Below, piece after piece: positions 28,765 to 43,781 of a DNA stretch of 64,000 bases. The position numbers and the translations under genes are program-made. Where the stretch lies: contig OZ024752.1 of NCBI GenBank assembly GCA_964016885.1, forward strand, positions 48,732,001-48,796,000, read 5' to 3'. Every line of letters begins with the position of its first letter. The stretch's first letter is position 1. Under the pieces are notes generated by a model, which ran no database searches, was not told where the DNA came from, and worked only from the letters and a program-made list of their open reading frames with translations. This stretch comes from Eledone cirrhosa (taxonomy: Eukaryota).

Positions 28765-29805
28765 GAGAGAGAGAGAGACAGACAGAGAGGTGGGGTGGGA
28801 GAGAGAGGGAAGTGTTATGGAATACAATTAGAGAGAGAGAGAGACAGACGGAGAGAGAGGGAAGTGTTATGGAATACAATAAGAGAGAGAGAGACAGACA
28901 GAGAGAGAGGTGTGGGTGGGAGAGAGAGGGAAGTGTTATGGAATACAATTAGAGAGAGAGGGAGAGAGACAGACAAACAGACAGAGAGAGAGAGAGAGAG
29001 GTGTGGGTGGGAGAGAGAGAGGGAAGTGTTATGGAATACAATTAGAGAGAGAGGGAGAGAGAGAGGTGTGAGTTGAATACAATGAGAAAGAGAGAGTGAG
29101 AGAAGGAGGAAAGAGAGACGTGTAAGTTGAATACGAGAGAGAAAGAGAAGAAAGAGGGAAAGAGAGAGGAACATAAGCAGAAAGAGATGAGAAAAGAAAA
29201 GAGAAAGAGAGAGAGAGGAAGAGAGGAAAGAGGGAAAGAGAGAGGAACATAAGCAGAAAGAGAAGAGAAAAGAAAAGAAAAGAGTGAGAGAGAGAAAGAG
29301 AGGAAAGAGAGGAAAGAGAGAGGAACATAAGCAGAAAGAGATGAGAAAAGAAAAGAGAGAGAGCGAGAGAGAAAGAGAGGAAAGAGAGAGGAACATAAGC
29401 AGAAAGAGAAGAGAAAAGAAAAGAGAAAGAGAGAGAGAGAGGAAAGAGGGAAAGAGAGAGGAACATAAGCAGAAAGAGATGAGAAAAGAAAAGAGAGAGA
29501 GAGAGAGAGAAAGAGAGGAAAGAGAGAGGAACATAAGCAGAAAGAGATGAGAAAAGAAAAGAGAAAGAGAGAGAGAGAGGAAAGAGGGAAAGAGAGAGGA
29601 ACATAAGCAGAAAGAGATGAGAAAAGAAAAGAGAGAGAGAGAGAGAGAAAGAGAGGAAAGAGAGAGGAACATAAGCAGAAAGAGAAGAGAAAAGAAAAGA
29701 GAAAGAGAGAGAGAGAGGAAAGAGGGAAAGAGAGAGGAACATAAGCAGAAAGAGAAGAGAAAAGAAAAGAAAAGAGAGAGAGAGAGAAAGAGAGGAAAGA
29801 GAGAG
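28765..29805. repeat. GA-rich compound minisatellites (gggaagtgttatggaatacaatt and gaggaacataagcagaaagag motifs)
   Basis: Four copies of the first motif and about 10 of the second, embedded in (GA)n. Confidence 0.9.
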
Positions 29806-30217
29806 AGCCGTCTTTTGTGAAAAACTGTTGTGTTTTGCCAGTTAAGAAATGTCAGATTAAAGCCAAGAATTCTACTTGCAAACACAGAGCAAATCAAGGA
29901 ACTCAAAGCTTGCCACACTTATTATATACAGTAACATAATAAGAACTGGTGCTGTTCAAGTGAAGGAGACCATTTTCAAAGAAACACTAAGCCTGTATAA
30001 TTGAGTTCTGTATTATTAAGAAAGATGGCCTCTTCTTGCATATGAAAAGGCTTTAAAAATATATTCGTGAATTGCTGAAGAAGGAAAAAAAAATCTATTT
30101 GTCTCCGAATATGCTTTTTCTTTTCTTTTTAACAAAATGGTTCATTCTTCTTCTTATGTTATTTTTTTAAATGCTTTCTGCTTTCACCTTATATATGTGT
30201 ATATATATATATATATA

Positions 30218-30266
<49 letters not shown>

Positions 30267-30405
30267 AAAAGCAAAAGGTTATTCATTCACTAATAAGCAT
30301 AATACAAATATTATACACACATACACACATATATATATATATATATACATATAATTATATACATATCTATATATAATCGTATACACATATATGTTACATA
30401 TAAAA

Positions 30406-30438
<33 letters not shown>

Positions 30439-30567
30439 CATATAATTATATACATATCTATATATAATCGTATACACATACATATGATACATATAAACAC
30501 ACACACAAATATATATATATATTATACATATATACAATTATATACACATACATATATACATACATAC

Positions 30568-30660
<93 letters not shown>

Positions 30661-30702
30661 CATATATATATATATATACATACATCATCATCATCATTTC
30701 AT

Positions 30703-30749
<47 letters not shown>

Positions 30750-31068
30750 GAGTTTTACAGACAAATGTTGTAAAAAGCCACTACAGAGCAAAACCTGAAA
30801 TAAACTAGAAAAACCGAAGTTGTCTATAGTCTTACAGCTACAAAAGAATGGAGAGGAAGGAGTGAATGAGGAGAGAGAGAGGTGTGGAGGAAGTGAAGGG
30901 GGAGAGAGAGGTAGGGAGGAAGCAGAGGAATTGGAAAATAATGGTAAATCAAAGAACTATATTTTCATGCTGTTGTCCTGTACTTTTATATTTTGGTCTG
31001 CTGTGGTTCCGCTTTATGTTGTTGCTGTTGTTTGGTTTTGATTGTATTTGTGTGTGTATGTATGTATG

Positions 31069-31142
<74 letters not shown>

Positions 31143-31269
31143 CAGATACACACACACATATATATATATATAATATAAATAAATAAATATATATATATAA
31201 AACATATATAAATATAAAATATATATATATATAATATAAATATTATATATATATATATATATAATATAA

Positions 31270-31305
<36 letters not shown>

Positions 31306-31675
31306 TATATATATATAATATAAATATAATATATATATATATATGTGTGTGTGTGTATGTGTTTGTATATGTATACTTGCGTGATTTTATGTACGTGTGT
31401 TTAAGTTTTTGTATTTGTGTATGAGTATGTGTTTTTGTAAGTGGGTAAATGTGCGTACGAATATATATATATACATATATGCATGTTTGTGTATGAATAT
31501 ATAATATATATAATATATATATATTTATATATAATATATATATATTTATATATATATATATAATATATATATATATATAATATATATTTATATATAATAT
31601 ATATTTATATATAATATATATTTATATATAATATATATTTATATATAATATATATTTATATATAATATATATTTA

Positions 31676-31947
31676 TATTCATGTTTGTGTATGAGTGTAT
31701 GTATTTGTAAGTGCGTATATATGTGTGTATATATGTGTCTATATATAAATATATATTCATGTTTGTGTATGAGTGTATGTATTTGTAAGTGCGTATATAT
31801 GTGTGTATATATGTGTGTATATATAAATATATATTCATGTTTGTGTATGAGTGTATGTATTTGTAAGTGCGTATATATGTGTGTATATATGTGTGCATAT
31901 ATAAATATATATTCATGTTTGTGTATGAGTGTATGTATTTGTAAGTG
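31676..31947. repeat. 78-bp tandem repeat, about 3.5 units
   Basis: atgtttgtgtatgagtgtatgtatttgtaagtg at 31681, 31759, 31837, 31915. Confidence 0.9.
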
Positions 31948-32660
31948 TTTGTAGTCTGTGAATAGAGAAAATAACAGACAGTTGCTTATTTTCACAGATT
32001 ACGTAGAAAAATGGAGAACAAACAACAAGAACAACATTATTAAGACAACAACAGCATAATTAACAATAGCGAAATACATAACAATAACCCATAACATTAC
32101 AAAGTAAATACAACAATATTAAAAGTGTAGACAACAACAACAACAACAACAACATACCTACAACAGAAACAACAATAACACAATTAACAATAAAGCACAA
32201 AGGTAAATAATTGTTTCTACTTTTGGCACAAGGCCAGCAATAATAACCCAATGTATTACTGGTACTTTTATTTATCGACCCCGTAAGGATGAAAGGCAAA
32301 GTTAGCCTCGGCGGCATTTGAACTCGGACTGTAAAGGACCATAACTCTATGCTACATAGCATGGCGTCTGACACTCTACCGTTACTGCCAAAGGTAAATA
32401 ATGATTTCTTATATAGGCAAAAGGCCAGCAATTTTGGGGGAGGGAAAGTCGATTAAATCGACCCCAGTGCGTGACTGGTAGTTTATTTTATCAACCCCGT
32501 AAGGATGAAAGGCAAAGTTAACCTCGGCGTGATTTGAACTCAGCCCGTAAAGGACCATAACTCTATGCTACATAGCATGGCATCTGACACTCTACCGATA
32601 CTGCCAAAGGTAAATAATACAACAACGAATAATGGTAAGAGAATTGGATTATATGTACAT

Positions 32661-33008
32661 GGAGGCACATGGCTTAGTGGTTAGAGCATTGGTCTTGCAA
32701 TCGAAAGGTTGTGAGTTCAATTCTCAGACCGGATGATGTATTGTTTCCTTGAGCAAGACACTTTATTTCACATTGCTCCAGTTTACTCAGCTGTAGAAAT
32801 GAGATGATAGGGGCTGGGGTCCCTATCATTCCACTGCAAAGTGGTCGTGGAGGTGCCACAGCCAAAAAAGCACCCAGCACTCACTGTAAATGAGGTTGGT
32901 GTTAGGAAGGGCATCCAGCTGTAGAAATCGAGCCAGAATCAGTTCCCGTCCCACCCTTGCAAGCACGGAAAAGCGGACGTAAAATGAAATGATGATGATG
33001 ATGATGAT
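32661..33008 (+). mobile_element. SINE family A
   Basis: Full-length copy with (GAT)n tail. Partial or related copies at about 48575-48842 (-), 51340-51550 (-), 54531-54631 (+). Confidence 0.85.
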
Positions 33009-33133
33009 ACATACATATATACATATATATAAACTAAAAAGTTTGGGGGCAAGAAGGGCTTCTGGCTCTCTCTGAAACATTGCCTGAAAAAGGACCCCAT
33101 TAATCCTTGCCCTAGCATGAGAAGTAACCTTAA

Positions 33134-33723
33134 CCCTTTAGCATTTATATTACTCTATTTTTAAAGTTAACCTCATGGGATTTGAACTCAGAGCCCTTTG
33201 TGTTCTGAGTTCAAATCCCCCCGAGGTTAACTTTGCCTTTCATCCTTACGGGGTCGATAAAATAAAGTACCAGTAATGTACTGGGTGAATCACTGGCCTT
33301 GTGCCAAAAGTAGAAACATTACTCTATATTTACTATTATATTATCTCACATAATATTGAATCTATGAGATTTTGATATTATTTATTTTGAGAACAATATT
33401 TTAACAACAGTATGAGTGGCCAATTACAGCCGGTTGGAACAGAAAGAAGTGAGAGAACTGTGGCCGGATATGGCTGGTTTAAATGTTAACCTTTAGCATT
33501 TAAATTACTCTATATATACTATTATATTTTCATGGTAAAGTCTTTACCTCTCATAATTATCTCACATAATATCGAATCTATGAGATTTTGATTTTATTTA
33601 TTTTGAGAACAATACCTTAACAACAGCATGAGCGTCCAGCTATAGCCGGTTTGAACAGTAAGAGGTGAGAGAACTCGGCCTGGATATGGCCAGATATGGC
33701 CGGTTTAAATGCTAAAGTGTTAA
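33134..33723 (+). mobile_element. Two tandem piggyBac-type MITEs, the first with a nested SINE; further partial copies at about 22220-22427, 49078-49190, 52772-52905, 54400-54532, 63693-63800
   Basis: Same body sequence (gagaacaataccttaac...gaacagaaagaggtgagagaa) and ccctttagc termini. Confidence 0.7.
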
Positions 33724-34079
33724 ATCACTTCTTGTTGTAGTTAATATGGCATTTTCGGAATTGTTCAGTGAATTCTTTCAAGTTATATGGTTCTTTTCCA
33801 TTTTTTTTTTACTTCAAATCTCTAAAAATCTGTTATTAATTCATTCATAAACGCATCCGTTGATCCATGGTTGAGCATTGGAAATTTCAATTTTTCAAAC
33901 TTCTGTCTGTCTGTGTGTGTATATTTGTGTATGTTTGTATGTGTGTGTACCTATACACAGGGTTTTGTGTGTGTATGCATGTGAGGTGAGTGTGGATGAA
34001 TATATATATATGTGTGTGTGTGTGAAATATATATAGACCTTTGTGTGTGTATGTAGCAAAGGTGAGTGTGGATAAATAA

Positions 34080-34116
<37 letters not shown>

Positions 34117-34119
<3 letters not shown>

Positions 34120-34370
34120 AAAAAAGATGAAATTGAAAATGCAACTGGAGTCTTTTTTTTTTTTTATTTATATTTATTTGGTTCCTTTACCAGTTTCGCA
34201 GTTCTTAAGCTTTTCAAAAATAGAATTGAGATGGAGGGTCTGTGGTTTTTTAACCACAGACCCTCCATTTCAATTCTACTTTTTTCGATTTCATCTTTTT
34301 TCCTTATACTTTCACTCGTGTAGGACACCTCGGTTATTTTTCATTTTGTAAAAAATACCTCACTTTCTAA
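34117..34370. mobile_element. Third fold-back element in (TA)n with candidate U3-A8 hammerhead on the minus strand (about 34182-34226)
   Basis: Central palindrome tagaattgagatggagggtctgtggtt/aaccacagaccctccatttcaattcta. Outer arms gggaaaaaagatgaaattgaaaa / ttttcgatttcatcttttttcc. Tail of about 65 nt on the right. Minus strand reads ttctattt-TTGAAAA-gc..gc-GAAA-ctgg-TA-aaggaa. Confidence 0.55.
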
Positions 34371-34594
34371 TATATATATATATATATAAATATATATATA
34401 TATTATATATATATATATATATAATATATATATATATATTATATATATTACATTATATATATATTATATATATATATATATATTATATGTATATATATAT
34501 ATTATATATATTACATTATATATATATTATATATATATATATTATATATATATATTATATATATTACATTATATATATATTATATATATTAGAT

Positions 34595-34625
<31 letters not shown>

Positions 34626-34657
34626 TATAATATAATATTTATATATATAATATATAT

Positions 34658-34701
<44 letters not shown>

Positions 34702-34735
34702 ATATATATATATATATATAATATATATATATATT

Positions 34736-34770
<35 letters not shown>

Positions 34771-35902
34771 GGAAGGAGAGAGATGAATATATATACATAC
34801 ATATACACATATATATACACATATATATATACATATATATACATATGACCATAATTTCATTTTCTGTCGTTATATTCATGTTCATTTTCTTATTCTTATT
34901 CCATTTTATTATTTTATTTTATTTTATATATTTTTCACATCTCTCAATACATTTTCTATCATTGCAGCCTTAAATATTCATATCTTTAGACACTCTGACC
35001 AACAGAATGTCAAGTTTCAAATCATTGCTTCACTGATTTGAAAAATAAATGAATAAATAACATTTTTATTTTTTTTGTAATTTCTATTTTTTTTAATTAA
35101 AAAAAAATATATATATATGAAATTATTTTTAAATTTAACTATTCTATAAAAATAATTTAATAAGCACAAAAAAACACAAAAAAAATAGCAACAAAGTAAT
35201 AATAATATTATCATTATTATTACTATTATTATTATTATTGTTGTTACTATTATTGTTACTGTTATTATTATTGTTATTGCTGTTGTTGTTGTTATTAAAT
35301 GAATAAAAAATAAACATAAGCTCACCAATGAAATTTATATTTATTTCAGAATTCAAAATTTTTCATTTCTTCATAAATATTATATAAAAAAAATATATAT
35401 ATATGGTTTATTTTTATCCCCTTGTTTTTCAAAAACTTTTTCAAAATTTCATTTCACATATTTTATTTTTTATTTTTATTATTTGTTTTAAAATTATCTT
35501 AACTCTTCATCAGTTGAATTGTGGAAAATATAAAGACATACTTGGTCTTAATATTAACTAGGGTTGTAAAAATATATTTTTAACTACAATAATTAATATG
35601 CACTAAACTAACAATTGTTTCTACTATTGGCACAAGGCCAGCAATTACCCCAGTGCATTACTGGTACTTCATTTTATCAACCCCGTAAGGATGAAAGGCA
35701 AAGTTAACCTCGGCAGGATTTGAACTCAGATCATAAAGGGCCATAACTTTATGCTGCAAAGCATGGCGTCCGACCCTCTACCGATACTGCCAATCCACCG
35801 CCCCTAACCTAATAAGGCGGCAAATTGTTAGAGTCATTAAGGTGTTGGATAGAACGCTTTAAGGTATTCGTCCCGCCTCATTGCACTCCGTGTGTTCAAA
35901 TC

Positions 35903-36170
35903 TGTGGGGCTGCCATGAGATAGAAGGGGTGTGTAGAGCTGCCGTGGGACAGGGATTGCCGGCCGGAAGTTGGGAGAGAGACGGGCGCCTGACTGGAAGC
36001 TAGAGGACGGGGGTGACACGAGGGACCAAGTGGTGGGCAGTGGTCACTTGGCTGTTGCCACCATGAGGAGACGGGTTGTGTGAAGAGAGACGCTGTTTAG
36101 AAATACCCCACGTGGATGGTGGAACGAGTGATAGAAAGACGCAAGGTAAGTCCGAATACCTCCGGCCACA
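35903..36170. mobile_element. Probable solo LTR inserted into a SINE
   Basis: 268-bp GC-rich segment with TGTGG...CCACA ends and a 5-bp target duplication AAATC (35898-35902, 36171-36175). It splits a SINE at gttcaaatc|cc. Confidence 0.7.
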
Positions 36171-36317
36171 AAATCCCATCGAGGTCAACTTTGCCTACAT
36201 TCTTTCGAGGTCGATAAAAGAAAAGTACCAGTCTACCAGTACTGGGGTCGATTCTTCCTCTATAGAAAAAATCGGCTGTGTTCAGGCCTGGAGAGGGTTG
36301 GGCTCTGCCAGGTTTAA

Positions 36318-39300
36318 CCCTTTAGCATTCACATTACTCTATATATACTATTATATTTTAATGGTAAAGGCTTTACCTCACATAATTATCTCACATTACT
36401 CTATATTTACTATTATATTTTAATGGTAAAGGCTTTACCTCACATAATTATCTCACATTACTCTATATATACTATTGTATTTTCATGGTAAAGGCTTTAC
36501 CTCACATAATTATCTCACATTACTCTATATATACTATTATATTTTAATGGTAAAGGCTTTACCTCAAATAATTATCTCACATTACTCTATATATACTATT
36601 ATATTTTAATGGTAAAGGCTTTACCTCACATAATTATCTCACATTACTCTATATATACTATTATATTTTAATGGTAAAGGCTTTACCTCACATAATTATC
36701 TCACATTACTCTATATATACTATTATATTTTAATGGTAAAGGCTTTACCTCACATAATTATCTCACATTACTCTATATTTACTATTATATTTTAATGGTA
36801 AAGGCTTTACCTCACATAATTATCTCACATTACTCTATATTTACTATTATATTTTTATGGTAAAGGCTTTACCTCACATAATTATCTCACATTACTCTAT
36901 ATATACTATTATATTTTAATGGTAAAGGCTTTACCTCACATAATTATCTCACATTACTCTATATATACTATTATATTTTAATGGTAAAGGCTTTACCTCA
37001 CATAATTATCTCACATTACTCTATATATATACTATTATATTTTAATGGTAAAGGCTTTACCTCACATAATTATCTCACATTATTCTATATATACTATTAT
37101 ATTTTAATGGTAAAGGCTTTACCTCACATAATTATCTCACATTACTCTATATATACTATTATATTTTAATGGTAAAGGCTTTACCTCACATAATTATCTC
37201 ACATTACTCTATATATACTATTATATTTTAATGGTAAAGGCTTTACCTCACATAATTATCTCACATTACTCTATATATACTATTATATTTTAATGGTAAA
37301 GGCTTTACCTCACATAATTATCTCACATTACTCTATATATACTATTATATTTTAATGGTAAAGGCTTTACCTCACATAATTATCTCACATTATTCTATAT
37401 ATACTATTATATTTTAATGGTAAAGGCTTTACCTCACATAATTATCTCACATTACTCTATATATACTATTATATTTTAATGGTAAAGGCTTTACCTCACA
37501 TAATTATCTCACATTACTCTATATATACTATTATATTTTAATGGTAAAGGCTTTACCTCACATAATTATCTCACATTACTCTATATTTACTATTATATTT
37601 TAATGGTAAAGGCTTTACCTCACATAATTATCTCACATTACTCTATATATACTATTATATTTTAATGGTAAAGGCTTTACCTCACATAATTATCTCACAT
37701 TACTCTATATTTACTATTATATTTTAATGGTAAAGGCTTTACCTCACATAATTATCTCACATTACTCTATATATACTATTATATTTTAATGGTAAAGGCT
37801 TTACCTCACATAATTATCTCACATTACTCTATATATACTATTATATTTTAATGGTAAAGGCTTTACCTCACATAATTATCTCACATTACTCTATATATAC
37901 TATTATATTTTAATGGTAAAGGCTTTACCTCACATAATTATCTCACATTACTCTATATATACTATTATATTTTAATGGTAAAGGCTTTACCTCACATAAT
38001 TATCTCACATTACTCTATATATACTATTATATTTTAATGGTAAAGGCTTTACCTCACATAATTATCTCACATTACTCTATATATACTATTATATTTTAAT
38101 GGTAAAGGCTTTACCTCACATAATTATCTCACATTACTCTATATTTACTATTATATTTTAATGGTAAAGGCTTTACCTCACATAATTATCTCACATTACT
38201 CTATATTTACTATTATATTTTAATGGTAAAGGCTTTACCTCACATAATTATCTCACATTACTCTATATTTACTATTATATTTTAATGGTAAAGGCTTTAC
38301 CTCACATAATTATCTCACATTACTCTATATATACTATTATATTTTAATGGTAAAGGCTTTACCTCACATAATTATCTCACATTACTCTATATATACTATT
38401 ATATTTTAATAGTAAAGGCTTTACCTCACATAATTATCTCACATTACTCTATATTTACTATTATATTTTAATGGTAAAGGCTTTACCTCACATAATTATC
38501 TCACATTACTCTATATTTACTATTATATTTTAATGGTAAAGGCTTTACCTCACATAATTATCTCACATTACTCTATATATACTATTATATTTTAATGGTA
38601 AAGGCTTTACCTCACATAATTATCTCACATTATATATACTATTATATTTTAATGGTAAAGGCTTTACCTCACATAATTATCTCACATTACTCTATATTTA
38701 CTATTATATTTTCATGGTAAAGGCTTTACCTCACATAATTATCTCACATTACTCTATATTTACTATTATATTTTAATGGTAAAGGCTTTACCTAACATAA
38801 TTATCTCACATTACTCTATATATACTATTATATTTTAATGGTAAAGGCTTTACCTCACATAATTATCTCACATTACTCTATATTTACTATTATATTTTAA
38901 TGGTAAAGGCTTTACCTCACATAATTATCTCACATTACTCTATATTTACTATTATATTTTAATGGTAAAGGCTTTACCTCACATAATTATCTCACATTAC
39001 TCTATATATATACTATTATATTTTAATGGTAAAGGCTTTACCTCACATAATTATCTCACATTACTCTATATATACTATTATATTTTAATGGTAAAGGCTT
39101 TACCTCACATAATTATCTCACATTACTCTATATTTACTATTATATTTTAATGGTAAAGGCTTTACCTCACATAATTATCTCACATTACTCTATATTTACT
39201 ATTATATTTTAATGGTAAAGGCTTTACCTCACATAATTATCTCACATTACTCTATATATACTATTATATTTTAATGGTAAAGGCTTTACCTCACATAATT

Positions 39301-41216
39301 ATCTCACATTACTCTATATATACTATTATATTTTAATGGTAAAGGCTTTACCTCACATAATTATCTCACATTACTCTATATATACTATTATATTTTAATG
39401 GTAAAGGCTTTACCTCACATAATTATCTCACATTACTCTATATATACTATTATATTTTAATGGTAAAGGCTTTACCTCACATAATTATCTCACATTACTC
39501 TATATATACTATTATATTTTAATGGTAAAGGCTTTACCTCACATAATTATCTCACATTACTCTATATTTACTATTATATTTTAATGGTAAAGGCTTTACC
39601 TCACATAATTATCTCACATTACTCTATATTTACTATTATATTTTAATGGTAAAGGCTTTACCTCACATAATTATCTCACATTACTCTATATATACTATTA
39701 TATTTTAATGGTAAAGGCTTTACCTCACATAATTATCTCACATTACTCTATATTTACTATTATATTTTAATGGTAAAGGCTTTACCTCACATAATTATCT
39801 CACATTACTCTATATATACTATTATATTTTAATGGTAAAGGCTTTACCTCACATAATTATCTCACATTACTCTATATTTACTATTATATTTTCATGGTAA
39901 AGGCTTTACCTCACATAATTATCTCACATTACTCTATATATACTATTATATTTTAATGGTAAAGGCTTTACCTCACATAATTATCTCACATTACTCTATA
40001 TATACTATTATATTTTAATGGTAAAGGCTTTACCTCACATAATTATCTCACATTACTCTATATTTACTATTATATTTTAATGGTAAAGGCTTTACCTCAC
40101 ATAATTATCTCACATTACTCTATATATACTATTATATTTTAATGGTAAAGGCTTTACCTCACATAATTATCTCACATTACTCTATATATACTATTATATT
40201 TTAATGGTAAAGGCTTTACCTCACATAATTATCTCACATTACTCTATATTTACTATTATATTTTCATGGTAATGGCTTTACCTCACATAATTATCTCACA
40301 TTACTCTATATATACTATTATATTTTAATGGTAAAGGCTTTACCTCACATAATTATCTCACATTACTCTATATATACTATTATATTTTAATGGTAAAGGC
40401 TTTACCTCACATAATTATCTCACATTACTCTATATATACTATTATATTTTAATGGTAAAGGCTTTACCTCACATAATTATCTCACATTACTCTATATATA
40501 TTATTATATTTTAATGGTAAAGGCTTTACCTCACATAATTATCTCACATTACTCTATATTTACTATTATATTTTCATGGTAAAGGCTTTACCTCACATAA
40601 TTATCTCACATTACTCTATATTTACTATTATATTTTAATGGTAAAGGCTTTACCTCACATAATTATCTCACATTACTCTATATATACTATTATATTTTAA
40701 TGGTAAAGGCTTTACCTCACATAATTATCTCACATTACTCTATATTTACTATTATATTTTCATGGTAAAGGCTTTACCTCACATAATTATCTCACATTAC
40801 TCTATATTTACTATTATATTTTAATGGTAAAGGCTTTATCTCACATAATATCTCAAATAACATTCACATTACTCTATATATACTTTTGTATTTTCATGGT
40901 AAAGGCTTTATCTCACATAATATCTCAAATAACATTCACATTACTCTATATATACTTTTGTATTTTCATGGTAAAGGCTTTATCTCACATAATATCTCAA
41001 ATAACATTCACATTACTCTATATATACTATTACATTTTCATGGTAAAGGCTTTACCTCACATAATTATCTCACATAATATCGAATCTATGAGATTTTGAA
41101 AGTATTTATTTTGAGAACAATACCTTAACATCAGTATGAGCGACCAGTTAAAGCCAGTTTCAACAGAAAGAGGTAGAGAATTCTGGCCGGTTTTGGCCGG
41201 TTTGAACACTAAAGGG
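36318..41216 (+). mobile_element. piggyBac-type MITE inflated to 4.9 kb by a 62-bp minisatellite (about 72 units, plus about three 72-bp variant units)
   Basis: TTAA|CCCTTTAGC at 36314-36326 and ctaaaggg ending at 41216. 62-bp period (atggtaaagg at 36361, 36423, 36485...). Normal MITE 3' half at about 41075-41216. Confidence 0.85.
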
Positions 41217-41981
41217 TTTAAAGTGCCCTAGACACACCACAAGACTCCCTATGACTCCACAAGGAGTTATGGCATCTTAATCCTTTATCTTTTAACCTAA
41301 TAAATTATATACATAGTTCTTAATGAGTGAGGATGACAATGATGATGGTGATGATGATGATGGTGATGATGATGATGATGGTGGTGATGATGATGATGGT
41401 GATGATGGTGATGATGGTGATGGTGATGATGAAAAATGATGGTGATGATGAAAAATGATGGTGATGATGGTGATGATGACAATGATGATGATGATGGTGA
41501 TGATGATGGTGATGATGACAATGAAGGTGACAATGATGATGATGACAATGATGACAATGAAGGTGACAATGATGGTGATGATGATGATGACAATCCACAC
41601 CCAGCTTAATAGAATTCCAGAAATGTCTGAGAAAGAACTTATTTCCTTTAGTTTTCTTAGTTTTCTAAGAAAAACTCCCTAAAAATCTAAGACTTAATAT
41701 ATCGAGGTCAGGAAGGATACAACACTTCTGACTAATTAATGTAATGTACATGATACTAGAGTATTGGGAGAGAGAGGGGGGGATAGATGGGGAGAGAGGG
41801 GTGTATATGATACTAGAATATTGGGAGAGGGGGGTAGAGGGGGGGGGGGGAGAGTATATGATACTAGAATATTGAGAGGGTGGGGTGAGAGAGAAGGGAG
41901 AGAGAGGGGAGGGTGGGGGAGATAGGGGATTTGGGGGAGGGGGGAGTATATGATACAAGAACATTCCCTGGGAGAGAGGGT

Positions 41982-42014
<33 letters not shown>

Positions 42015-43044
42015 GGGGGGAGAACATTCGATACTAGAAAATTCCCTTTAAATTAAAAGAGAGAGAGAGAGGAAGAGGGGGAGAGAGAGAAGAGAGAGAG
42101 AGGGAGAGTAGAGAGAGAGGGAGAGAAGGGGGGAGCAACAGAGAGAGAGAGGGTGAGAGAGAGAGAGAGTGAGACAGAGTACATACGATACCAGAAAATT
42201 TCCCTTAAATGAAATGAGAGAGAGAGAGAGGAAGAGGGGGGAGAAGAGAGAGAGGGAGAAGAGAGAGAGGGAGAGAGGGGGGGCAACAGAGAGAAAGAGT
42301 GTGATAGAGAGAGGGAGAGAAGGGGGGGAAAACAGAGAGAGAGAGAGAGAGAGTGTGAGAGAGAGGGAGAGAGAGAGAGGGAGTGCATACGATACCAGAA
42401 AATTTCCTTTAAATGAAATGAGAGAGAGAGGAAGAGAGAGGAAGAGAGAGAGAAGAGAGAGAGAGGGAGAGAAGGGGCGAGGAGAGCACCAGAGAGAGGG
42501 AGAGAGAGAGGGAGAAGTAATTTAATGAACAGACATAGAGTGATATTAGTCAACAAAGACAACAAGCACACATATAACAAAAGAGCAACAAAGACAGAAA
42601 CCCACATCTACTGATATTTACTTATTTATTATTACTTCCAATCCTATAATTAGAAGTCCTGTTAAAATCGGAATTAATTAGTGGATTTCTGCATTCTTTT
42701 ACTTTCTACACATACATCAACTTACACACACACACCTACATTTATTTATGTATATATACACACATACATACATGTATATATAATATATATACACATACAT
42801 GTATGTAAGTATAATATATATACGCATACATGTATGTATGTATAATATATATATATATACACATACATGTGTGTATGTATAATATATATACACATACATA
42901 CATGTATGTATATATATAATATATAGACACATACATACATGTATGTATGTGTATAATATATATACACATAGAAATGGATGTTACATTTACTAACACTTCA
43001 TTATTTTTGTTTGATTAACATACATACATAATACATACAGAGAC

Positions 43045-43078
<34 letters not shown>

Positions 43079-43084
43079 CATATA

Positions 43085-43206
<122 letters not shown>

Positions 43207-43554
43207 TACAATATATAATATATATAGACACAGACACAAATAAAAAATATATATATATATATAAATACAATATATATACATAGATACACACTCATATATA
43301 TATATATAAATACAATATATATACATAGATACACACTCATATATATATATATATATAAATATATATATGTATATATATATATATAAATATATGTATATAT
43401 ATATAAATATATATATGTATATATATATATATATATACAAATATATATATATATGTATATATATACACATTTATATACACACCATTCACGCCTACATAGC
43501 AATCTTCAACTATGTTCATTACAGAATGGAGGAATGTATGTATATTAATAACAA

Positions 43555-43588
<34 letters not shown>

Positions 43589-43750
43589 GTGTGTGTTTAC
43601 ACACATACACGTGTTCACACACGTGTTCTCACACATAGGCATATATACACATACATCTACCTACACACATATATACACACACACACACACATGTTGCCAT
43701 CTACACATTACACATATATGTGGTATATATACACACATACATATGTACCT

Positions 43751-43781
<31 letters not shown>

